The position numbers and the translations under genes are program-made. DNA of 64,000 nucleotides, taken from assembly GCA_028534125.1 (NCBI GenBank), contig CM052817.1:79362001-79426000 (forward strand), read 5' to 3'. This DNA comes from Lama glama. Taxonomy: Eukaryota. The notes beneath the pieces are model-generated. The model was given only the letters and a program-made list of their open reading frames with translations. It made no database searches and was not told the origin of the DNA. Position 1 is the first letter of the stretch. Each line of letters starts with the position of its first letter. Shown here in pieces: positions 26,303-38,329 of this stretch.

Positions 26303-29300
26303 AAATGGTGTTATTTAGATTGTCGGTGTCCTAGATGTCTGGAACAGGAGGGTCAGCCAGTCAGACTCCTATTGGGAAGGGCTTAATGGTAGAAAGGAGG
26401 ATTTAAACAGGAGAAGGTCTTTGTATGTTGAACTCTTAAAAGATAAGGCTGTTTGTTTTATTCTCCCCACCTCTCCACACCTTGACACAGCCTCTGGATC
26501 TAGTAGATACTCAATAAAGAAATGTTTTCTGAATAACAAAAACAAATGGTTAGACTGAAAGCAATGGGAAGGTTTTTTGAAGCAAAAAATTTTTTCTTAA
26601 AAAACAAAAATAAAGTCAGAGAGACCACAGCAAGTATGACCAAACATTAATACGTATTAAAGTTCTTGGTAGATGACTATATCTGGTTATTACATATTTT
26701 ATTTTCTGCTTTCTTCTATATATTCTGACATTCTGAAATATGTCATAATAAAAGTTACTTAAATCTTTTTTTAAAAGCTGATTCAAAAAGGGAATTATGT
26801 GAACAAAGTCACCGAAATAGGAATGAGCACAATCTGGTGGGTGCTGAGTAGACACTTTGAACTGATCAGAGTGTGGGAGGGGACAGTAAAAATCAAGACT
26901 GAGTGTAAGAATGTGGATGAATGGGAGTCTCACCCCAGTTAACTGCTGCCTTCCATACTGCTGCTTTTGGGCTACTGAAGAACTCAACCTATTCTTTATC
27001 CTTAGAATCGTCATTCATTTGTTAGATTTTGAACTTCCATATTTGTGGGGGGAAATTATTAACATTAATCAAAATTGTAATTAGATGGGGAGGGAAATAG
27101 TTCATCATATTTCATAGGGAAATGGACAGCTTAAATAAAAACATTTGCTAGTGTGAAATGAAATCAGTGGTATCAAGTGGTGTTTATTAATGCAGCTGCC
27201 TCCATATTGAATACAATCCAAGTTGTCCAAGCCCCCTTTCCTGCCCTAAATGCACATACATTCTGAAGCAGCCTAAAATAGCGTCCAGTTGGGCAAATGT
27301 ATAGAATGGAATGGCATAGAGTCCCCCGAATTAGAGTTTAGTGTTCTATTCATTGCCTAAAACAAAGAATAAATCATACATAAATTTACACTCTGTTGGA
27401 AGTCTTTTGTGGATAAAATGAAAGAGACCTTGCTGTAATAATCACAGCAAGCTGGCATTCAAGGCACTGGGAAAAATATAGAAGAGGGCATTCTCCACTT
27501 CACTTTGTATATTTCACATCTCTTTGTTAGCATCTTGTAGTATTAAATAGCAGCTTAGAAAATAACCTAGAGCACAAAAGATCTCAGAAAACATTCGCTG
27601 TATTTTCAGTGCACTCTAAGTAATGCATTTAGCACCCTACAGATATGCCATCAAATTACAGTAATAGGAAAACAACAACAAATGCTTGCCTAAACACAGG
27701 ATTTCTAAAATTGAGGATGGGGCTTAATTTGTGCTTTCAGGCCCTTATTATCTAAAGCTTGCTTAGATTAGCTACATTAGAATCTGTATTCAAATACAGG
27801 CTACCGCGGTAGCTGTCTATAAGCAAATGGGGTCCCAATTTAATCATCAGAAAAAAATCTCCAAAAAGGGGGAATGATAAAAAGTTTACCGAACATACTC
27901 AGTATGCATCTGGGACACATTTTAGTGACAAACAGTCATTTGGAACACACTATGCCGTTCTCATGTGTTTTCCTCATAAAGTCCTTGTCCAAGCTGAACC
28001 CTATTAAAATGCTCACCAGTCTCCTTTGTACCTTCATACATGGTCATTTCCCCCTTTTTAGACTCTCTGGGTTTGCCTTTATGAAATTTTTAGACTATCT
28101 CATGGGCTAGAACTTTTACCAGTTATTATGGAATTTCCAGATGATTTTTCTCCTACCAAAAACTAAATAATGAAAATTTTAAAAGGAGAATCTTCTCTTA
28201 TTCTTCTCTACGATACTTACCAAACTCGTACATTTTCCAGCCACTGTTTATTTTCCTTTTTCCTCATATTTACAACCTTCAGAGATACATATGAATGAAT
28301 CCCTAATACATTTTTCTCAGTTAATGTGTTTAATTCTTTTCATTTTATAACCCTATTTAAACCTAGCATCCTTTAAGTGATTCTTGTGTTTCTCTCTGAA
28401 CTTTGTATTTCTCTTCAACTTTCTGGCACTTGTATCTAATACTATAAAAGAAAAATAATAGAATTTATCTTTAAAAACAGTTTTGGACTGAATACTTAAA
28501 GGTAGCTTCTGGAAATACAGATTTAAGTGCAGTATTTTAGATGTGGTCAGATAGGTCATATGACATGATGAGAGAGCTTTCCTGATTGTCTTGAAACAGA
28601 TGTTCTGACACTCAGCACAGTAAGGCAGCAAAGCTTTCCCAATTATCTCTCCTTCTTGTGTCCCAGGTTCTCTTTGACCTGTTCTGTGGCTACACATCCT
28701 TATGTTAAATCATCGTTCTGAAAACATATATCTGCATTTTCAATGCTTTTGTTTTGCTCTTGCTTTTCTCCTAGTTATACACACTTTCTTCAGCTCTCTT
28801 TGTTAGGTCCCCAAAACCTTTTTCTCAAAACAACTCTGTATTTGTTAAGATAAGATTTAGCCAGATTTTACTAATTGTGGCATTGCTAAGCTTCAGATTT
28901 TGGTGCATTCTCTGACGTCTGGATAGGAGATAACCTAGATATTTCATATACATTTAAATGGAAATAATGTGCCTAAATTAAGATGTGGTATTTGAAATTT
29001 CATATTAGGAGATGTTTTCCATTTCTTTGTGTCTTTGCTTCTTGGTAGTCCCATCTTTCAAGCAAAGGGGTGGTATCTGGGTTTTGAGATTTTCACATGT
29101 GAAATAGTCAAGCAGTCTCTTTTCAAAAAGCCAGAAGACCTTTCAATTAGGGCTCTTGAGAAATCTGACATCTTTAAAATATGTTTTCTTTAAATGATAG
29201 TGCAGTAAGTGTAACATATTTTTACATAGGTTAGATAGAGATTGTTGATAATCTATCTAAGTAAGTATTATGCCAAATTGAAAATTCTAGTTTAAGAGGG

Positions 29301-29942
29301 ATTTTGTGATGGTATATTTTTGATGTTAAGGAATGAAAAGTCATTTAAAAATTGCCATATAAAATGGCGTGTTAATGATAGAACCTGTTCTTATACTGAA
29401 ATAGTATGACTTATATATTACAAAAATTACAGAGAAAAACACTTGGGAAAGTCATCTAAGAAACTTCCATTAAAGTTCCTTCTGGTCTCTTTCAAACTCA
29501 TGTCTTCAATAACCTTCACAAGTATTTACCCGTAATTCCCTAATTTGTCTTTCTATCCCAGACTTGTCCCCTAGGCTCCAGGCTATATATGTGCTTGACA
29601 GTATCACTTGGATGTCTCAGATACACCTCATATTCTACATGTTCAAAGCTGAACATGAGGTCATCCTCCCCAGACCTGGTCCTCCTCCAGTGTTCTCTGT
29701 CTCAGTGGATGGCACCACTCAGTTGTATCATCATGTAGTAGTAGATGTCACATGATATCTACTCTGTTATGCTAGATTGAACCCAGGAGTTAGCCTTGAT
29801 TTCGTCTCCCCCACCCCATATCTATCTGCTGCATCACTCAGTCCTGTTGAATTGTAGCTTCTAAATATTGAATCTATCTACTTCTCGTCATGGTCACTGC
29901 CATCCACTTAAGCCAAAGCCATCATCATTTCCTCTTTATTGA

Positions 29943-30055
29943 TAGGGTGACTCACCATCCCAGTTTGCTTAGGACTAGGAAGGGTTCCACAATGTGGGAT
30001 TTTCCGTTTTAAAAAGGATCAGTTCTAGTCAAAGCGAGGTGAGTTGGTCATCCTA
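29943..30055 (-). mobile_element. hAT-Blackjack MITE (MER81-like)
   Basis: 113 bp with inverted termini 'tagggtgac' / 'gtcatccta'. Confidence 0.8.
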
Positions 30056-30144
30056 ATTACTAAGCCCCTTGCTTGCAGTTTTGCCTCCCTCCTATCCCTA
30101 CCCACACTGAAGCCAGGGTGACTTATTTCAAATGAAAATTAATC

Positions 30145-30365
30145 ATAGAGACAGAAAGTAGAATGATGGTTGCCAGGCACTAGGGGTACAAGAGAATGCG
30201 AAGTTGTTTAATGGGAATAAAGTTTTGGTTTTCCAAGATGAAAGGAGTTCTGGAGATTGGTTGCACAACAATGTGCATGTGCTTTACTGACCTGTACATG
30301 TAAAACTAGTTAAGATAGTAAATTTCATGTTATGTATATTTTAACCACAATTAAAAATAAAATAT
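30145..30365 (+). mobile_element. L1 (L1MA/MB-like) 3' end
   Basis: 'agagacagaaagtagaatgatggttgccagg...gttctggagattggttgcacaac...ttaaaaataa'. Confidence 0.9.
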
Positions 30366-30394
30366 CTTTTAAAAATTTTAAGTGAAAATTAAAA

Positions 30395-31138
30395 ATGTGA
30401 GATATTACTTCATACCTGTTAGAATGTTTAAAATTAATGATTGACCATACCACGTGTTGGTGAGGACATGAAGGAACTAGAATTCTCATACACTGTATAT
30501 GGGAATGTAAAATGTACTTTTAAGTAAAACACTTTTTTTTTTTAAACCACTTTGGAGAACTGGTGAGCAGTTTCTTACAAAGTAAACATATACTTACCAC
30601 TCACACTTAACATTTATCCAAGGAAATGTATGTCCACAAAAAGACTTTTATATTCATAGATGCTTGACTCATGATAGTCCCAAAGTGGAAACAACACAAA
30701 TGTCCATCAACAACAGGTTAATGGATAAACAAATTGAGATAAAGAACGGAATACTACTCAGCAAAAAAAAAGCATTACTGATACCTACAACAACATGGAT
30801 GAACCTCAAAAGCATGCCAGTGAAAAAAGCCAGACACAAAAGAGTACATACTATAAAATTCCATTTACATAAAATTGTAGACTAGGCAAAAATAATATAT
30901 ATCATGACAGAGCAGATCACTGGCTGCCTGCGGCTAGGGACGTATCACTGAGACTAGAAAGGGGCATGAGACAACATTTTGGGGCAAAAAAAATATTTAT
31001 ATCTTGATTCTCATGGTGGTTATAAGCATATATACATTTGTCAAAGCTCATCAAGCTGCATACTCAAAGTGGATATGTTTTATTGTATATAAATTATATT
31101 TTTGGATTTTAAAAAATAAAAGTAAATTAAAAAAAAAA
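30395..31138 (+). mobile_element. Older L1 (L1MC/ME-like) 3' region
   Basis: 'ggaactagaattctcatacactg', 'acaacatggatgaacctcaaaagcat' and an A-rich tail at about 31110-31138. Confidence 0.88.
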
Positions 31139-32559
31139 CTCTGCTAATCTGATCATGTCACCCTCCTGTTTAAAATACTTCAAATGCTTCCTAATACTTT
31201 TAGAATAAACACCAAAATCTAAACATCTGGCCCTGCCTGCCTCTCTGATCCCATCTCATGCCACTGTCCTACGTAACTTCTGTGATTTAATCCCACAAGC
31301 TTTTTCTTTGTTTTCTTGGCTCCTCCATACCTCCTACCACAGGGCCCTTGTACATGCTCTCTTTCTGCCTCTTCTTTATACCTGGTTAACACCTACTCAT
31401 CCTTCAGATAAAAACTCAAGTGCCACTTCCTCCAGGAAACCTTTCGTGCCTCCCATATTGCGTGAGGTCTGCCTATGAAACACTCTTATCACATCTTCTA
31501 TGCAATAGAAGTGCCTTTATAGCACTTATTACAATTTTAAGTATTTATTTGTGTGAGATAGTTTGATTGTCTGTCTTTCCAGTAGACTTTAAACACCACA
31601 ATGTTATGACTGTTATACTCACTATTATATCCTCAAACTTACACAGTGCTGGGCTTCAGAGTAGGACTCAATAAATATTTGCTAAATGAATGACTGATCA
31701 GTTACAAGTGATAACTATCACTTCTACATTACAATAAAATAGTATCTCAATCAATAGGTCTATGCAATTTTATTACTTAAATTAATTAGTAAAGAAAATT
31801 TCAGTTTCAAAGGCTTTTACACCTCACATTAATATTTTTTCACCAAAGCAAAGCAAGTCATTTAGCTACTTAGTTGCTCTATAGGTCCCCAGAAAATTGA
31901 AAATTTATAAAAACCAGCCATAGAATAGAATTCAAAAAATCTCTTATTGTTATATTATTAGTCATTTTTGGAACTTGGATTGTTAACCAAAACATCTTTT
32001 TCTACTAACATAATACACTAATATTATTGCCAATATAATTTAAGATGCAACTTCCTTGATAACAATTGAAACATGTTCTTACACATTTGGGAATAAAGCA
32101 CACGTTTGAATAAAGAGGACATATCAAAGTCATTGTATAACCTCCTCAACAGAACTATTACGTTCTGTTAGGAAATCATCTGATAAAAGCTTTTAATGAC
32201 ACTAAACCTAGGTAATCTTTTAAACACATCAGACTTAGTAGTTATAAAATATTTCCTCACGAGCCTTATACATTTTACTGTGAACTATCCTCAGAAGTAT
32301 GGAACATGTTTTGATTTTGCAAACTATCAGAATAATGAGAACTAAGATATTTTGAACTAATAACAGAAGGATCTTATCTGAAATCTGTTGGACATGTGAA
32401 CAACCCTGCTACTTGTTCTACAAAACAGAATTAAAAATCACATCTGCCTTGTATGAAGGTGGTTGACCATATCTTTTGTCAAAACATTTGGTGTGGCAAA
32501 AATAAATGCATCCTGTGTTGGTGAAAGTGTATCCTGTTTTTGTTGAATTAATGTTGGTC

Positions 32560-32927
32560 TGTAAGTTACTCATGATGAGTAAGATTTACTTCTAGCAAAA
32601 ATGTTGCCACTGCAGAAGAACCTTTTTCTCAGAGAACAGTAAAACAAAAATAACAAGAAGTAACCTATGTTTCCATTTTTCACCTTAACTGCCGGAAAAC
32701 TAGAGCCAAATTCAAGACCCAAGTTTTTTCCCTTTTCAGGTGCTAGGGAGCATTTATTCTTATGGGTCATTTTTATTTTCTTATACTTTATGTTAAAAAT
32801 CCTTTCTCCAATTCTCTGATAGACATGATAAACTATCGAAGATATAATCCATTACTGAATTAATAAAAATATTAAATAGCTAATTTATATGCTTTTGAAT
32901 ATTTGCAAGTCGTCGGTGAATTGATCT
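32560..32927 (-). mobile_element. Ancient hAT-like transposon 5' end related to the 21716 copy
   Basis: Reverse complement of 32915-32927 is 'agatcaattcacc' (12/13 match to 21716-21728), with further patchy similarity internally. Confidence 0.4.
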
Positions 32928-34254
32928 CTTAAGGTGACCTGGAGGATGGGGACTGCCTTCCTGATTGTTGTATTTGTACACACTACAAGGCCAACCAAGC
33001 ACATTCCTTGACTGTAGTAGGGGCTCAATAAGTGTTGGTTCCAAAATGAATAAAATTATAGAAGAAACTTCTGAAGAAATTTTATAATCCTTCTCTCTTC
33101 TACCTGTAGCCCAAATAAGCCATCGTCCAAACTACACTCATGCTTTCTGATTTCGCTAATAAATCCAGGTGGACCTGAATTTTTTAAATGATAAGGTAAT
33201 CAGCCTCCATGGAAAGAAAACAAAAATGACTTTCAGAACTTTCAAATTAACATCTTTACTGTGGTGGAGTTTGGAATCACGGTCCTAGATAGATCTGTTG
33301 TAGTGAATGGGAAGACATTATGTATTTTGAAGCTGAGACTACATTATCCTGCTTGCTGAACTTCAAAATCAAGCAGGCACGTTAGAGCAACAGCATCCTC
33401 CTGATTTGTATTCAGTGGACCATTTGGGATGCCCTTGATAAAAACTGTAGAGAATCATAAATCTCAGGATACAGAATGTTCATATACCTGGTGTCTCTTG
33501 AAATTCTGCAACTTGGGTCCATATTACAATGGATTCTCACTCCACTGGCAGGACTCGTAAGTGGCCAAATGTACTTGTTTTTACTGGCAATTGTCAATAA
33601 TTGCCTATTTTTACTCATTTCTTGTAATACCTTGATTGGTTTTAGTGTAACTTTGGTTTATGGAATCATTACTGTGTATACTCAACTTACCAGTCTTCCG
33701 TAGATTCCCACTCTCCCATCCCTTCACCCCCATTCTCAGTTATGACCTAAGAACGAAGACCTTCCTTCCAAATATGCACACAGAATAAAGCCATATCCAT
33801 CAGATCTGGACAATCTTAGACACAGAATTTACATATCTTTCACTCATGTGGATCAGTAGGCAGGCATAAATTACAGAAAGCAAGAACCTAGTCTGTTTTT
33901 CAAACATTTCCAGGGAGAGAGAAATTTTCAGATTCCAGAATTATTTGACAGGGAAGTCAAAATGACGACTCTCTCTCTGAGTGTTAAATATTCGTTGAAA
34001 AGCTTTTTAAAAACACAGTTCAGTATTTCTTTACTGACTCAAGTAGTGATTGGAGTCCTTGATTCCTTATAATGGCACTTCACATTTGTTATAACCCTAA
34101 AACACGTTTAGAGTGCTATGAGCAATTTTCTGGAAATATGAAAATGTGCTATTTCTAATACATTAAGCTACTATTGCTACCAACCATCAGCAGGATTTAC
34201 TCAATCATTATTTATATATTCGTGCCCAAATGATGTTGATTTATCCACTTTCTT

Positions 34255-34760
34255 TTTTTCTTTTTATTGTGATAATGAGATTTATTCTTTTGGCAGATAT
34301 TTAAGTATACAATACGGTATTGTTATCTATAAGCACAGTGTTGTGCATCAGATCTGTAGAACCTACACATCTTGCAAATCTGAAGCTTTATACCCTTGTA
34401 TTAGAACCTCTCCATTTCCCCTCCTCTCACCCTGAGCCCCTGACAACCACCATTCTATTCTTTTATTTTTCTGTGTCTGTGATTCTGTTTCTGGTTTTTT
34501 TTTTAATTTTTTAAAAATTGATATATAGTTGGTTTACAATGTGTTAATTTCTAGTGTACAGCATGGTGATTCAGTTGTGTATATATATTCCTTTTCATAT
34601 TCTTTTTCATTTTAGGCTATTACAAGGTATTGAATACAGTTCTCTGTGCCATACAGTGGGACCTTGTTGTTTATCTGTTTTATATATCGTAGTTAATATC
34701 TGCAAATCCCAAACTCCCAATTTATTCTATTCTTTACTTCTAGGAGTTTGACTATTTTAG
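34255..34760 (-). mobile_element. Older L1 3' end with a nested younger L1 3' end (about 34495-34723)
   Basis: Outer 'tacaatacggtattgttatctataagcacagtgttgtgcatcagatct'; inner poly-T plus 'gtgtacagcatggtgattcagtt'; direct repeat 'attctattcttt' at 34452-34463 and 34724-34735. Confidence 0.85.
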
Positions 34761-35479
34761 GGACTTTCTCACCTCAATATCTGCACAGGTTAGGCAAGGA
34801 TAGCACATAGAATTATTTTTAAAAGCAGCTATACTTGGTCTGGAATTTTAAACTGACGTGTGTTTTATACTGTCCTAGTTTTCCCACATGTTGAGATAGT
34901 ACACCCGAGAGAAACTATATAGAAACCAGCCAAGTTTGATGACAGAGGAGTCCTCACGTATAGCAAGTCTAAAATTTCATTAAGCGGTGTTTGGGATGCT
35001 GTTAATGTCATTACTGTAATACAAACATCAAAGAAAATCAGATCACACACTCAGGGAAATCGTTCTCTGCTGGAAACCCTGTTAGCTGACTTCAATTATG
35101 CCGTGCTTTCCCTTGCTCAGAAGGCTGTGTCAGCCCCATTATCTCTCTAAATCGCCTGCTTAATCAAAGTGCATACATTTGAAACTCATCAAATTAAGTA
35201 AAATAAAATTCAAATCTTGTTCTTGTTTGGGTTCAGATTGTAGCAATATCAAAGTTACTCTGATTGCTGGAAGTGTGTCTATGGACAGTGGTTAAGAAGA
35301 TAAATAATACTGAATCAGAATTAGAAACCGAGCCTTTCTGATGGGAAGCTGATAGGCTCTAAAGTAGATGTTTCTTTCAGGATTAACATCTATTTTTTAA
35401 AGTACAACCCAGGATTTGTTGAATTCTCTCCATCATATTCCTGAAAGGAAAACATAATCACAGAATATTTGTATCATTT

Positions 35480-35810
35480 TTTATTTTCAATTTTGTTATG
35501 TATGAGAAATGTTAACCATATTGAAAAGTACAGAATAGCGAAGACACACAAATCCATCACAATGGTAAAATAGTTTTTACCATTTGGGCATATTTGTTTC
35601 ATAAATTTAAAGTATTTTGAAACAGGTTATGAACATAAGGATGCATCACCCTTAAATACTTCAATATACATCCCTGAAAAAACAGGGTATTTTCCTAAAA
35701 TCCACAGTTTCATTAAGACACCTTATGAAAGTAACCATTTTTCCTTAATTACATTTAATTTACAAATAATATTCAACTTCTCTCCGTTGTCCCAAAGAAG
35801 TTCTTCAGAG
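35480..35810 (-). mobile_element. Old L1ME-like fragment
   Basis: 'catcacccttaaatacttcaatatacatccctgaaaa' and 'ataatattcaacttctctccgttgtcccaa'. Confidence 0.6.
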
Positions 35811-36065
35811 CTGGACAGGAAGTACACTTTCAAATATCACCAGTCCAACTTTTAATATAAATGTATTTATGCATATCTTCAAAAAATTTAAGGATACATT
35901 TATAACTTTCAATTATATTTAAAATGGGCCAAAGAAAGAAATTCACTACATTATATTTCAAGCATTCTTAGGTTAGATTTATCAAACATTTCTAAGCATT
36001 TAATTCAATATATTTTTACTCTTTTTGTTTTACTTTCTACAAAACTGCTATAAGAAGCTAAGGAT

Positions 36066-36188
36066 GGGAGGGTGGGTATAGCTCAGTCATAGAGCATGTG
36101 TTTAGCATGCATGAGGTCCTGGGTTCAATCCCCAGCACCTCCATCAAAAATAAATAAACCTAATTACCTCCTCCAACAACAACAAAAA
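36066..36188 (+). mobile_element. tRNA-Ala(AGC)-derived SINE (camelid-type)
   Basis: 'gggtatagctcagt...ttagcatgcatgaggtcctgggttcaatccccagcacctcca' (A and B boxes) plus 'aataaataaacctaattacctcc' tail and A-rich end. Confidence 0.9.
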
Positions 36189-36444
36189 GCCAAGCAGATG
36201 ATGAGCAGAAATGCTTTCTACTGCTAAATGAGTGGGAAAACTTGCTCACTATCTCAAAATTTATGAAACAAGTTTAGAAACAAATTTGAAAGTAAAACAG
36301 CTTGAATGTTGAAACATTATAATCAACCTTAATATAATATATGTCAGTCCAAAATGTTGATTATGGAAGTAACTTGAATAATTCAATAAGTCTTGTGTAG
36401 ACCCCACTGATTTCACTAGCAGGGACAGAAATGACACACTCGGC

Positions 36445-36657
36445 TGACTTTGCTGCGTCCCCTGAGAAGTATTCAGGAAAGCCCCACCACTGGGCGGGGC
36501 CTCACACCCATGGGGCACGTATATATGCATTTGCCAGGCACAGCTGGGCAGGGAAGAATTGGATGTGTCACCCAACAGGTTCCTCCTAGTGGGCCCACAG
36601 CATGAAAACATAGATAGCTATCCAAGGGAGGCCTAGGAACTTGTGCTGCAGGTGAGA
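36445..36657 (+). promoter_or_regulatory. Candidate inducible promoter and first exon
   Basis: TGACTTTGC (ARE core) 36445; GGAAAGCCCC (NF-kB, reverse) 36476; GGGCGGGGC 36492; CACACCC 36503; TATATAT 36520; CAG|GTGAGA donor at 36651/36652. Confidence 0.4.
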
Positions 36658-37119
36658 ATGTTTCCTGTCCACAGCAACGAATTCCTTGTCATTGATCCAT
36701 TAACTGTGTCAACAGTTTTGTTTCCTTCAAGTCTATAGGTAACCAGATTTTGCAGAAGACACTAAACAAGAATATTCAAATTGTGGTTTTATGTACTGAG
36801 ATCTTTTATCTATTTGTCATATTCAGTAATGATACGGGCTATAATTCAGAAAAGTGAGGACTTACTGTTAGCTTGGGCAAGATAAATATTTTCTTAAGAA
36901 AAGTGTTTCAAGCTTTAAAGTGCTCTTAAATAAGGATATCCTGCTTCTGGTATCATCCTGTGAGATGGTAGAGCAAAGATTTCCAAGTATGAGTTCCTCA
37001 TAATATTTCAATAACTCCAGAAAAATGAGAAAAATAAGGGCAGGTCTGTGAGTTTTTAAAGTGAACTTAAATTTACTAAAATTAGAGAACCAGCCTCTAG
37101 TCTGAGATTTTCTTTTCAT

Positions 37120-37141
37120 TGTGTGTGTATGTGTGTGTGTG
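37120..37141. repeat. Short interrupted (TG)n
   Basis: Directly visible. Confidence 0.85.
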
Positions 37142-37199
37142 GTGTTAAATTTTAGCTTTTTCCATGAGATGACGATAGTTAATGATAGAATTTTAATGT

Positions 37200-37241
37200 C
37201 CACAATTTAAAATTCATAACCCACAATTTAAAATTCATAAC
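37200..37241. repeat. Perfect 21-bp tandem duplication
   Basis: ccacaatttaaaattcataac x2. Confidence 0.95.
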
Positions 37242-37265
37242 CATAACCATATTTAAAAAGTATTC

Positions 37266-37512
37266 TGTGTTTGGTTATCTATTGCTGTATAACAAACCAC
37301 CCCACAAGTCAGGGTCCTTAAACAATGATCCTTTCTTTGCTCATGATTTTGTGATTTGGGTAGGACTTGGTGGGAAGAGCTTGTCTCTGCTCTGTATGAC
37401 AGCTAAGTGGCCCACCTGGGCTAGAGGATCCCTTCCCAAGCAGGTTCACTGCAGTGCTAGGTGCTGGCTGTCAGCTGGGATCTCAGGTGGGGCGGTGGGA
37501 CTGGCGTTCCTC
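37266..37512 (-). mobile_element. MaLR LTR fragment (MLT1F/G/H-like)
   Basis: 'ttggttatctattgctgtataacaaaccacccca...cttaaacaa' MLT1 terminus. Confidence 0.75.
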
Positions 37513-37519
37513 TAGACAG

Positions 37520-37940
37520 AGTGGTTAGCGTGGACATGTGACAAGAATTCTGGCCAAAGAGTTCCAAAGAGTTACCCTCTTGGACTGAGGTGAGGTGGGA
37601 GTTTCAGGAAGAGTTTATTCACTCCTAAAAGAGATATATAGGAAAAGATGTTTTTTTGTTTTGCTGGATGTTGCCATATCTCCAGGTGATACCTTAAAAC
37701 CGTGACAGCCGTCATAAAACCAGGAGGGAAATGAGCCTGAAAACAAAGCACACTGAGGTTGGCAGCGCATAAAGATAGAAGGAACTTGGGTCCTTGATGG
37801 AGTCACTGGGCTGTTTGAATTAACTATCCTTGGACCCTATCTAGGAACCAATTTTGTGAAATGAATTTTCTTCACTCTTTAAACATGTAGGGTCAGGGTT
37901 TTTTTTCCTTTTACTTACAGCCAAAAACATTTCAACCGAT
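37520..37940 (+). mobile_element. MaLR LTR (MLT1J-like)
   Basis: 'catgtgacaagaattctggccaa', 'aagatagaaggaacttgggtccttgatg', 'ttacttacagccaaaaacat'. Confidence 0.75.
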
Positions 37941-38329
37941 AATCTATGTTTTGTTGCTTAAGCCAACACTTAAATAAAAAACAAGAAACTAAAGCCCAGA
38001 AACTTCAAGTGTCTAGAATGAGGATAATTTTACAATACTGAGGAACAGGAACAAACCAACATATGAGAGATACATTCCAAGAAGATACTTAAAAAATAGT
38101 TGGTCCTTGTTAACTACACTAGATAGTATTGGATCATATCCCCTTTTAATTTCATTCAATCCTTCTATTTGGTCTAGAAGAAATTCTCACTTTAATTCTA
38201 GAATGTTTTTAACATCTAAGAGTTTCTTGCCTAAATTTTTAACAAAGAGAGAGTTGGCCTCAGGCTCAAAGCCATAGGCAGACAATGGTATCTGGCTAGA
38301 ATTTAATTTAGAGTTTAATTAGAATTTAA

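Larger units (their letters stand above)
29500..31695 (+). mobile_element. L2 3' region, interrupted by MER81-like and L1 insertions
   Basis: 'tcacttggatgtctc', 'agccagggtgacttatttcaaatg' resuming at about 31145 as 'atctgatcatgtcaccctcctgtttaaaa'; terminus 'ctcaataaatatttgctaaatgaatga'. Confidence 0.85.

Noticed and set aside
36066..36145. tRNA-Ala(AGC)-like gene (also at 53157, 55130 and 62619)
   Set aside because: Stem mismatches, SINE tails, TSDs and multiple dispersed copies indicate SINEs rather than functional tRNA genes
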